The notes under the pieces: model-generated
Databases searched by the model: none
What the model was told of the DNA's origin: nothing
Seen by the model: only the letters and a program-made list of their open reading frames with translations
Assembly (NCBI GenBank): GCA_963803435.1
Contig: CAWDML010000003.1
Coordinates: forward strand, 448,001-512,000
Reading direction: 5' to 3'
DNA length: 64,000 nucleotides
DNA from: an uncultured delta proteobacterium
Lineage (GTDB): Bacteria; Myxococcota; Kuafuiibacteriia; Kuafuiibacteriales; Kuafuiibacteriaceae
Part shown: piece after piece, positions 29,558 to 38,644 of the stretch
How the letters are laid out: each line of letters opens with the position of its first letter
How positions within the stretch are numbered: the stretch's first letter is position 1
Program-made: the position numbers and the translations under genes

Positions 29558-30632
29558 AGGTGCAGCCCGCGTCGTGATTCCGGTACGAGAGTCGACCGCC
29601 GTGTGCCTCCACGATCCGGCGTGAGATCGCCAACCCGAGCCCGGTGCCGGCGGCTCCCTTGGTCGAGCAGAAGCCGCCGAAGATCCGGTCGCCGATCTCG
29701 GGGAGGACTCCGTGGCCGCTGTCCTCGACCTCGATCTCGGCTGCGCCCGACGGCTCCGCCCGCAGCCTGATCTTCACCTCTGCACGCGGGCCGGAGCAGG
29801 CCTCAGCGGCGTTCTTGAGGAGATTCAGGAGCACCAGCGAGAGCGCGGAGCCGTCGACGACCTGGTAGCAGGGTCCGTCCGCCTCGATGTCGAGACGCTG
29901 GAGCGACTGGATCCGAGGGAACGAACGGGCGAGCCCGACGGCATCTCGTATCACGGCGGACAGATCGTGACGGGCGAGCTCGAGGCCGAGGTCTTCCTGC
30001 CCGCGGCTGCAGAAACGCAGTGACTCGACCAGCCGCCGGTAGCGAGCGATCCCCTTCTTCAACAGCGCGAGCTCAGCGGAGAGATCCTCGTCGGTATCCC
30101 ACTCTTCGCGGATGTCCTCGACCATCATCAAGACGCCGGCGATGTTGGCGAGCTCGTGCACCAACCCCGAGGTGAGCTGGCTGAGCGCGGCGGCCTGCTC
30201 CTCGCGGACGAGGCTCTCCGCGAGCAGGCGGTTCTCGCGCCTGAGCTCGAAGAGGGCGGCCGACTCCAGGATCGCGGCGAGCAGCTCGGGACGTCGCCAC
30301 GGTTTGGTGACATAGCGGATGATCTTGCCCTCGTTGATCGCACGGACGGCCTCGTCGAAGTTGCTGTGCGCGGTGACGATGACGGCGACCGCCTCCGGCT
30401 GCCGGAGCTTCACCTGCTCGAGAAACTCGGTGCCGGACATCCCGGGCATCCGCTGATCGGAGAGCACGACGGCGAACTCCTGCCCGTCGATCAGCTCCAG
30501 CCCTGCGCTTCCCGACGAGGCGGTGGCGATGTCGAAGTGCTCGTCGAGGCCCCGTCGAAAGATCGCGAGATTGTCGGCCTCGTCGTCGACGTAGAGGACC
30601 TTCGGCCGGACTGGCCCCCGATCGGCCCCCAT
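29511..30632 (-). CDS. hybrid receiver-histidine kinase
   Basis: VLYVDDE, SDQRMP; H-box GLVHELAN, N-box NLLKNA, DSGHG, GTGLGL. Confidence 0.93.
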   Translation of the reverse strand: MGADRGPVRPKVLYVDDEADNLAIFRRGLDEHFDIATASSGSAGLELIDGQEFAVVLSDQRMPGMSGTEFLEQVKLRQPEAVAVIVTAHSNFDEAVRAINEGKIIRYVTKPWRRPELLAAILESAALFELRRENRLLAESLVREEQAAALSQLTSGLVHELANIAGVLMMVEDIREEWDTDEDLSAELALLKKGIARYRRLVESLRFCSRGQEDLGLELARHDLSAVIRDAVGLARSFPRIQSLQRLDIEADGPCYQVVDGSALSLVLLNLLKNAAEACSGPRAEVKIRLRAEPSGAAEIEVEDSGHGVLPEIGDRIFGGFCSTKGAAGTGLGLAISRRIVEAHGGRLSYRNHDAGCTFTVCLPQREPTSDGA

Positions 30633-30653
30633 GCGTTAGTCTTACCGCGACCC

Positions 30654-32891
30654 ATGCCCCCGGTGAACATCCAGCAGCGACTTTCTGCGGCCGCCCGCGA
30701 CGACTCCCACCATCGGCCCCTCTCGATCGACGCGGCCTCCGCGGACGCAGCCCTCCGTCTCACCGAGCTCTTCGACCGAGGTGAGGTTGCGACAGTCACC
30801 GACACGATCCTGGATCAGATCGCGGAGCTGTGTGCGGTGCGGGCACCTGCCGAGAAGGACCTCGCGCCGCGCGTCTCCGCGCTCCTGAGCGGCCGGGATC
30901 CGCATGTTTACGGCGTTTGGGTGCACTACCCCTGGTCGCGCCGGTTGGTGCACCTGCTGCCGGAGGCGGAGTTTCATGAGGTCCGGACCAGCCGCAACCG
31001 ATACAAGATCACCGCCGACGAGCAGCGCCGCCTGGCCCGCGCGACCATCGGGATCGTCGGACTGTCGGCGGGCCACTCCATCGCGACCACGCTGGCGCTC
31101 GAACGCACCGCCGGTGCGTATCGACTGGCGGACTTCGATCAGATGTCGCTGTCCAACCTGAATCGAGTGGTCGCACCAGTCGGCGAGCTGGGGATCAACA
31201 AGGTGGTCCTGACGGCGCGCCGCATGTTCGAGATCGATCCCTTCCTCGATATCTCGATCTTCCCCGAGGGCCTGGCCGAGGAGAGCTTCGCCCGCTTTCT
31301 CGACGGTGGGGGCCCGCTCGATCTCCTGGTGGAGGAGTGCGACGACCTCTACACCAAGGCGCGACTCCGGGAGCTGGCCAGGAGTCGTCGCATTCCAACA
31401 CTCATGGAGACGAACGATCGCGGCCTCCTCGACGTGGAGCGGTTCGACCTCGAGCCGGAACGCCCGCTCCTCCATGGACGCATCCCTGCCCGCGGCTCGG
31501 AGGCCCTCCGGGGGCTCGACACCAAGGGTAAGGTGCCCTTCGCGCTGGCGGTGGGAGACTACGAGCGGATCTCGCCCCGGGGCGCGGCCACCATGGCCGA
31601 GATCGGTCGCACCGTGGTCGGCTGGTCGCAGCTCGGCTCGGGCACCACGCTGGGGGGCGCGGTGGCGGCGGACGCCGCGCGCAGGATTCTGCTCGGCGAT
31701 CTCCGGCGCTCGGGGCGCTATTACGTCGACCTCTCGGAGCTGGTCTCGGACGACGTCCCCGATCGTTCGGCGCCGCTCCCCGAGCCTCCATCGCGGTTTG
31801 CGCCGGTGCCGCAATGGAGCTCGCAGGCGCTGACCGAGACGCTGCGGGCGATCCTGGAGGCCGGGGTGGCGGCGCCGTCGGGCGGGAACTGCCAGCCCTG
31901 GTCCTTCCGCCTCCGCGAGGACGGTGCGCTCGACGTCGAGCACGACCGCACACGCTCGCACTCGATGCTGGACTTCGAGCATCGGGCTGCGCATCTGAGC
32001 CTGGGCGCCGCGGTCGAGAACATGGTCCTGGAGGCCGGGCGTCTGGGACTCGCGGCCGAGGTCGAGCCATTTCCCTCTCCGGGCTCACCGGTGGTGGCGC
32101 GGCTCAGGTTCGAGCCGAAGCCCGGCGTCACGCCCGACCCGCTGGCCTCGTTCATCCACACGCGTGCCACGAACCGCCGCCTCGGTCCGCGATGGCCCCT
32201 CGAAGACGCCGCGCGCGGCGCGCTGGTGGACGCAGCGGAGCAGGCCTCCGCGACGCTTCACGTTCTCACCGATCCCGTCGCTCTGACCGCGATCGCGGGC
32301 GTACTCGGGGCGATGGAGCGCGTCCGCTTCCTCTGCGAGACGCTCCACAGGGAGCTGATCTCGGAGCTGCGCTTCAGCAAGGAGGAGGCGGACCGCTCGG
32401 GGGACGGGCTCGACCTCGCCACACTGGAGATGACGCCATCCGATCGCGCCGCGCTGCGCGTGCTGAGGCAGTGGCGGGTGGCGAGCGTCCTCCGGCAGAT
32501 CGGGGGCGGCTCCTTCCTGGAGCAGAGCAGCCGGGAGGCCGTCGCGTCCGCCTCCGCAGTGTGTCTGCTGACGCGTCCCGGAGCGGATCTCCCCTCCTAC
32601 TTCCTGGGCGGGCGCGCCGTCGAACGGGTCTGGCTGACCGCGACCTCGCTCGGGCTCTTCCTGCAACCGATGTCCGCGAGTATCTACCTGTTCGCCCGGC
32701 TCGAGCACGGCGGCGAAGGCTTCTCCCCCGAGGAGCAGGCGGCCATCGGGCGAGAGCGAAGGGCGTTCCTCGAGCTGTTTCCCGTGCCGGCGGGGCACGG
32801 AGAGATGCTCCTGTTTCGGGTCGCGCGCACCGATCCGCCCTCGGCTCGCTCGGCCCGCCGTCCGCTCGATCTCTGCTTCCGAGCAGGGTGA
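30654..32891 (+). CDS. ThiF/E1-like adenylation domain-nitroreductase fusion (Rv1355c-like)
   Basis: RTSRNRYKIT, IGIVGLSAG, ADFD..SLSNLNR, VEECD; nitroreductase APSGGNCQPW, R.TNR. Confidence 0.88.
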   Translation: MPPVNIQQRLSAAARDDSHHRPLSIDAASADAALRLTELFDRGEVATVTDTILDQIAELCAVRAPAEKDLAPRVSALLSGRDPHVYGVWVHYPWSRRLVHLLPEAEFHEVRTSRNRYKITADEQRRLARATIGIVGLSAGHSIATTLALERTAGAYRLADFDQMSLSNLNRVVAPVGELGINKVVLTARRMFEIDPFLDISIFPEGLAEESFARFLDGGGPLDLLVEECDDLYTKARLRELARSRRIPTLMETNDRGLLDVERFDLEPERPLLHGRIPARGSEALRGLDTKGKVPFALAVGDYERISPRGAATMAEIGRTVVGWSQLGSGTTLGGAVAADAARRILLGDLRRSGRYYVDLSELVSDDVPDRSAPLPEPPSRFAPVPQWSSQALTETLRAILEAGVAAPSGGNCQPWSFRLREDGALDVEHDRTRSHSMLDFEHRAAHLSLGAAVENMVLEAGRLGLAAEVEPFPSPGSPVVARLRFEPKPGVTPDPLASFIHTRATNRRLGPRWPLEDAARGALVDAAEQASATLHVLTDPVALTAIAGVLGAMERVRFLCETLHRELISELRFSKEEADRSGDGLDLATLEMTPSDRAALRVLRQWRVASVLRQIGGGSFLEQSSREAVASASAVCLLTRPGADLPSYFLGGRAVERVWLTATSLGLFLQPMSASIYLFARLEHGGEGFSPEEQAAIGRERRAFLELFPVPAGHGEMLLFRVARTDPPSARSARRPLDLCFRAG

Positions 32892-32907
32892 GCCGGAGGT
32901 CATCAAC

Positions 32908-35421
32908 GTGACGCTCACCGAGAACCTCATCGCTCTCTACGTTGGGATCATCGTGATCAACGTCCTCCTCGCCGGCGGCCTCTGGTGGACGCAGCGCGAG
33001 CCGCCGTACCGACGTCTCTTCTATGTCTGGGCCGCCACGCTGATCGCGGGCGGAATGCAGGGACCGTTTCAGGAGGGAGCCCTTCCGATCAGTCTCAGCT
33101 TCACGTTCACCTTCGTGGTGAACCTCGCGCTGGCCTCGCTGGTCGGCGGGCTGGTCTCGGTGGTCTTGCCCTGGCGGATCTATCTGTGGGGCGTTGCGCT
33201 GGGAGTCGCCGCCAGCATCGCCGCCTCGGCCCTCGGTGGATCGTTCTGGATGGTCTCGCTGCCCGTGGCGGCGGCGGTCGCCGCACCGCTCGCCCACACC
33301 TCGATCAAGATCATCCTGCACCGGTGGAGCGAGGTCACCGCGTTCGGCAAGGGCCTGCTCTTCACGTGCCTGGTCTTCTGCGGGCACAACCTCGACTTCC
33401 CCTTTCTTCGCGACAGGGCCGCCTTCGCGCCGCTCGGGTTCACCATCGCGATCCTGATCGAGTTCGCGCTCTCGATCACCGGGATCGCCACGGTGCTCGA
33501 GAGGGTCATCATCGAGCGCGCGTCCCTGCAGAAGACGAGCGAGAGCAAGGACCAATTCTTCGCCAACATCTCCCACGAGCTGCGAACGCCGCTGACCGTG
33601 ATCCTGGCGGCGCTCGAGGATCTGCTGCAGCGGATCTCGGAGACGAACGCCCGCAATCAGCTCGGCATCATGCGCCGGAACGCCGTTCGCCTGCTGCGGC
33701 TGATCGATGATCTCCTCGACCTGACCCGGCTGGACGCCGGCGGCCTGCGTTTGACCATCGCGCCGCTGACCATGCGCGGCCTGCTCTCCAACGTCTTCGA
33801 GACCCAGCAGCCGCTCGCCGAGTCGAAGTCGATCTCGCTGGTGCTGAACGCGCCCAACGAGTCCGAGATCAAGGACCTGTTCGGCGATGCCCATCGCATC
33901 GAGATGATCCTGACCAACCTGGTGGGCAACGCGCTCAAGTACACCGAGAGCGGCGGCACCGTGACGCTGTCGATCGAAGAGCACCGCGACGGCGCCAGCG
34001 TCAACGTTCAGGACACCGGGCCCGGGATCGCGCCCGACGCTCTGCCCAAGATCTTCGACCGCTTCTTCCAGGTCGACGGGAAGGGACGCCGGAGGGTGGG
34101 CGGCGTTGGGTTGGGTCTGAGCCTGGCCAAGGATCTCGCCGAGCTCCACGACGGGCGGCTCATCGTCGAGAGCGAGGTCGGTGTCGGCAGCATCTTCACC
34201 CTGTGGCTCCCGAAGGGGAACGAGCACTTCCGACCCGAGGTCGTCGAGCGCCGTTCACGCTTCGATCCGAACAACCCGCGACGTCGTGGATCGGACACCG
34301 CGGCGGAGCCGGTCGGTCCGTCGCACGAGCCCCCGTTCTCACCGCTCCCGAACACCTACGATCTGCCGCCGATGACCAACCGGGCGCGGGTGCTGGTGGT
34401 CGAGGACCAGGATGATCTGCGCCGCATCATTGTCGAGCTCCTGTCCGAGAAGTACGAGGTGCTCGAGGCCCGCGACGGAGAGGAGGGCATCGCGGCCGTC
34501 AGGTCGGAGCGGCCGGACCTGGTCGTCTCCGACATCATGATGCCGAAGCTCACCGGGACGGAGCTCTGCCGGACCATCAAGCGCGATCCCGACCTACGGC
34601 CCACGCCGGTCATTCTCCTGACGGCCCGCCTCGGCTCCGAGGCGACCCTGGATGCCTACGCGCACGGTGCCAACGACTTCGTGGCCAAGCCGTTTCATCC
34701 TCAGGTGCTGCTGGCTCGCGTCCACGCGCAGCTCATGTTGCGAGCGATGAGCATTCATCTCGCCTCCCAGGAGAAGATGGCGGCGGTCGGTCTCCTGGCG
34801 GCCGGCGTCGCCCACGAGGTCCGAAACCCGCTGAACTTCATCATCAACGCCGCCGAGGTGCTGAGCGGGCTCCCTCTGAGCGCCGAGGATCAGGAGATGC
34901 TCAGGATCGTCGCGGACGGGGGCCGGCGGATCGACGAGATCGTCTCGGCGCTTCAAGCGCACACGCAGCCCTTCGAGAGCACGGCCGCCTCCGTCCCGTG
35001 CAACCCGGTGCAGGGGCTCCGCAGCGCCGTTCGCCTCCTCCGGCACCGGATGAAGGGGCTGACCGTTCACGAGCGGTTCGAGAGCACGCGCGACTCGCAG
35101 GCCGCGTCGGGGGCGATCAACCAGATCTTCCTGAACCTGGTGGACAACGCAGTGCGATCCGGAGCGAAGAACCTGTGGCTCACCGTCGAGGATCGCAAGG
35201 ACCAGCTGATCGTCCGCGTCGAGGACGACGGCCCGGGACTTCCCAGCGAGATGCTCGATTGGGTCTTCGACGCGTTCTTCACCACGCGCGCGCCGGGCGA
35301 GGGGACCGGTCTCGGCCTCTACCTGGCGCGGCGCATGGCCGAGCAGAGCGGGGGTAGCCTTTCGGTACGTCAGCGGCCCGAGGGCGGCGCGAGCTTCGAG
35401 CTGACCCTGCCGGCCAGATAG
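32908..35421 (+). CDS. membrane hybrid sensor kinase (multi-TM sensor-HK-REC-HK)
   Basis: ~200-aa hydrophobic N-terminus; SHELRTPL, NALKYT, DTGPGI; REC SDIMMP; second HK AHEVRNPL, DDGPG, GTGLGL. Confidence 0.93.
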   Translation: MTLTENLIALYVGIIVINVLLAGGLWWTQREPPYRRLFYVWAATLIAGGMQGPFQEGALPISLSFTFTFVVNLALASLVGGLVSVVLPWRIYLWGVALGVAASIAASALGGSFWMVSLPVAAAVAAPLAHTSIKIILHRWSEVTAFGKGLLFTCLVFCGHNLDFPFLRDRAAFAPLGFTIAILIEFALSITGIATVLERVIIERASLQKTSESKDQFFANISHELRTPLTVILAALEDLLQRISETNARNQLGIMRRNAVRLLRLIDDLLDLTRLDAGGLRLTIAPLTMRGLLSNVFETQQPLAESKSISLVLNAPNESEIKDLFGDAHRIEMILTNLVGNALKYTESGGTVTLSIEEHRDGASVNVQDTGPGIAPDALPKIFDRFFQVDGKGRRRVGGVGLGLSLAKDLAELHDGRLIVESEVGVGSIFTLWLPKGNEHFRPEVVERRSRFDPNNPRRRGSDTAAEPVGPSHEPPFSPLPNTYDLPPMTNRARVLVVEDQDDLRRIIVELLSEKYEVLEARDGEEGIAAVRSERPDLVVSDIMMPKLTGTELCRTIKRDPDLRPTPVILLTARLGSEATLDAYAHGANDFVAKPFHPQVLLARVHAQLMLRAMSIHLASQEKMAAVGLLAAGVAHEVRNPLNFIINAAEVLSGLPLSAEDQEMLRIVADGGRRIDEIVSALQAHTQPFESTAASVPCNPVQGLRSAVRLLRHRMKGLTVHERFESTRDSQAASGAINQIFLNLVDNAVRSGAKNLWLTVEDRKDQLIVRVEDDGPGLPSEMLDWVFDAFFTTRAPGEGTGLGLYLARRMAEQSGGSLSVRQRPEGGASFELTLPAR

Positions 35422-35547
35422 GCCCGAGCGACGGATCGCGAGCGTCGAGGGTCGAGGGGACAACTGAACCGCGGCTCAGGGCGCGCGTTCTGACCCTTCG
35501 AGTCCTGCCCCCGGGCGAACGCCCGCGCTTGGGGAAGATCCACCCGG

Positions 35548-35563
35548 TGGCTCGTGCGTTGCA
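35548..35563 (+). promoter_or_regulatory. putative sigma54 (-24/-12) promoter
   Basis: TGGCTCGTGCGTTGCA: GG-N10-GC, one mismatch to TGGCAC-N5-TTGCA. Confidence 0.6.
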
Positions 35564-35569
35564 CCGGGT

Positions 35570-35929
35570 GTGACCGTCGTGCGTGAGCTCCGCCGAGGCC
35601 CTCGAATCCCGATCCGCACCCTGCTGGTGCGGACGGTTCAGGGAAACCGGCTCGTCCGCGGGGACGTCTCGCTGTACGGCGTGGGATTCGAGCTGACGGC
35701 GCCCTGCTATCTCAGGCCGGGCCACAAGTTCGAGGTCCAGCTCTTCCTCCCGGACCAGATCCTCCGCCTGCGCGCGATCGTGACCCGGATCCTGCGATCG
35801 GAGCCCAGGGCCGTCGGGCGGCTGTTCGTCGGAGCCGAGCTCATCGGGCTCGACGAGCTGGCCGCCAACCCGCTGTATCGGTTCGTGGAGGAGTCAGCGC
35901 TGCTCCGGCGCCCCTTACTTCCGTTATAG
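35570..35929 (+). CDS. stand-alone PilZ domain protein (start possibly 35579)
   Basis: RRGPR and DVSLYG motifs. Confidence 0.8.
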   Translation: MTVVRELRRGPRIPIRTLLVRTVQGNRLVRGDVSLYGVGFELTAPCYLRPGHKFEVQLFLPDQILRLRAIVTRILRSEPRAVGRLFVGAELIGLDELAANPLYRFVEESALLRRPLLPL

Positions 35930-35939
35930 TGCGCCCGAC

Positions 35940-38564
35940 ATGCCGCTTTCGTTCGAGCTCAACGGCACCCCACGGACGGTGACGCCGCCGGCCGGGTCCT
36001 CGCTTCTCCAGGTCTTGCGCGAGGATCTCGGCAAGGACCGCGTGATCTCACCCAAGGACGGCTGCGCGCCCCAGGGGCAGTGCGGGTGCTGTCTGGTCCT
36101 GATCGACGGCCAGCCCCGGGTCGCGTGCGCGACGCCCGCGGAGAAGGCAGAGGGGAAGGCGCTCCTGACGCTCGAGGGCGTCTCGCGCGAGGAGAAGGAT
36201 CTGTTCGGCGAGGCCTTCGCGCGGGCCGGCGGTCTCCAGTGCGGCTTCTGCATCCCGGGCATCGTGCTCCGCGCCAAGCACCTGCTCGACGAGAACCCGA
36301 ACCCGACCGATGACGAGCTGCGGAAGAAGCTCGATGTGCACCTGTGCCGCTGTACCGGGTACCAGCGGATCCTGGAGGCGATCCAGCTGGTCGCCCAGGT
36401 GAAGCGCGGCCAGCCGATGCCGCCGGCCGACACCAGCGGCCGCGTCGGCACCAGCCTCGATCGCTACGAGGCCGTGGAGCTGGCGCTGGGGGAGCGACCG
36501 TACGTCGACGACATGTACCTCGACGGCATGCTGTTCGGCGCCGTGCGGCTGTCGGATCACGCCCGCGCGCGCGTGCTCAGGATCGACACCTCCGAGGCCG
36601 AGCGGATGCCGGGCGTCCGAGCGGTGGCGACGTTCCGCGACGTCCCCGGGGAGCGGCGCTACGGCTTGATCGTGCCGGACTGGCCGGGCTTCATCGCCGA
36701 GGGCGAGATCACGCACTGCACCGGGAGCTTCCTGGCGGCGGTGGCCGCGGAGGACATGCGGCAGGCGAGGGCGGCCGCGGCGGCGATCCGGATCGAGTAC
36801 GAGGTGCTGGAGCCGATCGTCGATCCGAAGCAAGCGCTCGCGCCGGACTCGCCGTCGGTGCATCCGACCGGCAACAAGCTGAGCCACTCGAAGATCCGGC
36901 GCGGCGACGTGGACGCGGCGTTCGCCCGCGCGGCGCACGTGGTGACGGAGACCTTCCGCACCCAGCGGATCGAGCACGGCTACCTCGAGCCCGAGTGCGC
37001 GCTCTGCGTTCCACACCCCGATGGCACGCTGGAGCTCTACAGCCAGGGCCAGGGCATCTTCGACGATCAGCGACAGGTCGCCTCGTTCCTGGGCATGCCC
37101 GCCGAGCAGCTCCGGGTCAGGCTGGTCCCGAACGGCGGCGCTTTCGGCGGCAAGGAGGACATGTCCGTCCAGCCGCACGCGTCGCTGCTGGCGCTGATGA
37201 CCGAGCGTCCGGTGAAGGTGACGCTCACGCGCGAGCAGTCGATCCACGTGCACCCGAAGCGCCATCCGATCGAGATGGACTACCAGGTCGCGTGCGACGA
37301 GGCCGGACACCTCCTGGCGGTGCGCGCCCGGATGATCGGCGACAGCGGCGCGTACGCGTCGGTCGGCGCCAAAGTGCTCGAGCGCGCGGGCGGACACGCG
37401 TGCGGGCCGTACCGAGTACCGAACGTCGACGTGGAGGCGGTGGCCGTCTACACGAACAACCCGCCCTGTGGCGCGATGCGCGGCTTCGGCGCCAACCAGG
37501 CGGCATTCGCGATGGAGTCGATGGTCGATCGGCTCGCCGACGCCGTCGGGATGGATCGCTGGGAGTTCCGTTACCTGAACGCGGTCGAGGTGGGCGACGT
37601 CTTCTCCACCGGGCAGATCCTGGAGAAGTCGGTCGGCATCAAGAAGACGCTGATGGCCGTCAAGCCGCACTGGGACGCCGCGCGCAAGGCGAACAAGCCG
37701 GTCGGGATCGGCTGCGGGATCAAGAACAGCGGGATCGGCAACGGCGCCAAGGAGTGGGGCAAGTGCCGGCTGGTCGTCGAGGGCGGCAACATCACGCTCT
37801 ACAACGGCTACACCGAGATGGGGCAGGGGCTGCTGACGATCCTGATCCAGTTCGCCAGCGAGATCACCGGGATCGCGCCGGAGCGGTTCATCGCCAAGGT
37901 CGACACCACGTTCGCGCTGCAGTGCGGTCAGACCACCGGCAGCCGCGCCACGCTCTTCGGTGGCAATGCGGCGATCCTGGCCGCGGAGAAGCTGAAGGCT
38001 GCGCTCGCATCGGCAGGGTCGCTCGAGGCCCTCGAAGGCCGCGTCTTCGAAGGCGACTTTCTCTGCTCCGACACGGTGCCGCTCGGCGCCCCGGTCGACA
38101 ATCCGAAGACGCACACGGCGTTCGGCTATGCGACCCAGCTGGTGATCCTCGACGAGACGACCGGGCAGCTCGAGCGGGTGGTGGCGGCGCACGACGTGGG
38201 GCGGGCGATCAATCCGATCCTGTGCAAAGGCCAGATCGAGGGATCGATCCACATGGGCCTCGGCTACGCGCTCTCCGAGGAGCTGGTCTGTGACGAGGCG
38301 GGCCGGCCGCAGAACATGACGATGCGCGGGATCGGGATCATGCGCGCGCGCCACACGCCGCCGATGGAGGTCATCCTGGTCGAGGAGCACGAGCCCGAGG
38401 GGCCCTTCGGGGCGAAGGGCGTGGGCGAGATCGGCCTGGTCCCGACCGCCGGTGCAGTGCAAGGTGCCTTGCAGATGTTCGACGGCGTGCGTCGGACCGT
38501 GCTGCCGATGAAACAATCGGCCGCCGCCGAGCCCATCGTGGGCCGAAAAAAGAGCAAGGGGTGA
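35940..38564 (+). CDS. xanthine dehydrogenase-family molybdenum hydroxylase, 2x[2Fe-2S] fused to molybdopterin-binding domain
   Basis: GCAPQGQCGCC, QCGFCIPG, LCRCTGY, GGAFGGK, AMRGFG, EMGQG, GAKGVGE. Confidence 0.93.
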   Translation: MPLSFELNGTPRTVTPPAGSSLLQVLREDLGKDRVISPKDGCAPQGQCGCCLVLIDGQPRVACATPAEKAEGKALLTLEGVSREEKDLFGEAFARAGGLQCGFCIPGIVLRAKHLLDENPNPTDDELRKKLDVHLCRCTGYQRILEAIQLVAQVKRGQPMPPADTSGRVGTSLDRYEAVELALGERPYVDDMYLDGMLFGAVRLSDHARARVLRIDTSEAERMPGVRAVATFRDVPGERRYGLIVPDWPGFIAEGEITHCTGSFLAAVAAEDMRQARAAAAAIRIEYEVLEPIVDPKQALAPDSPSVHPTGNKLSHSKIRRGDVDAAFARAAHVVTETFRTQRIEHGYLEPECALCVPHPDGTLELYSQGQGIFDDQRQVASFLGMPAEQLRVRLVPNGGAFGGKEDMSVQPHASLLALMTERPVKVTLTREQSIHVHPKRHPIEMDYQVACDEAGHLLAVRARMIGDSGAYASVGAKVLERAGGHACGPYRVPNVDVEAVAVYTNNPPCGAMRGFGANQAAFAMESMVDRLADAVGMDRWEFRYLNAVEVGDVFSTGQILEKSVGIKKTLMAVKPHWDAARKANKPVGIGCGIKNSGIGNGAKEWGKCRLVVEGGNITLYNGYTEMGQGLLTILIQFASEITGIAPERFIAKVDTTFALQCGQTTGSRATLFGGNAAILAAEKLKAALASAGSLEALEGRVFEGDFLCSDTVPLGAPVDNPKTHTAFGYATQLVILDETTGQLERVVAAHDVGRAINPILCKGQIEGSIHMGLGYALSEELVCDEAGRPQNMTMRGIGIMRARHTPPMEVILVEEHEPEGPFGAKGVGEIGLVPTAGAVQGALQMFDGVRRTVLPMKQSAAAEPIVGRKKSKG

Positions 38565-38644
38565 TGTAGCCCGGCCGTTTTCAGACCGCCCCTCGTCCGT
38601 TCGACCGCTGTCCTTCTCCCGCCGTTCGTGCGGTCATCCAGCCT

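Noticed and set aside
35485-35520. tRNA-like TTCGAGTCC motif as an island attachment site
   Set aside because: Flanks do not form a T-arm stem, there is no cloverleaf, and no second copy or integrase was seen
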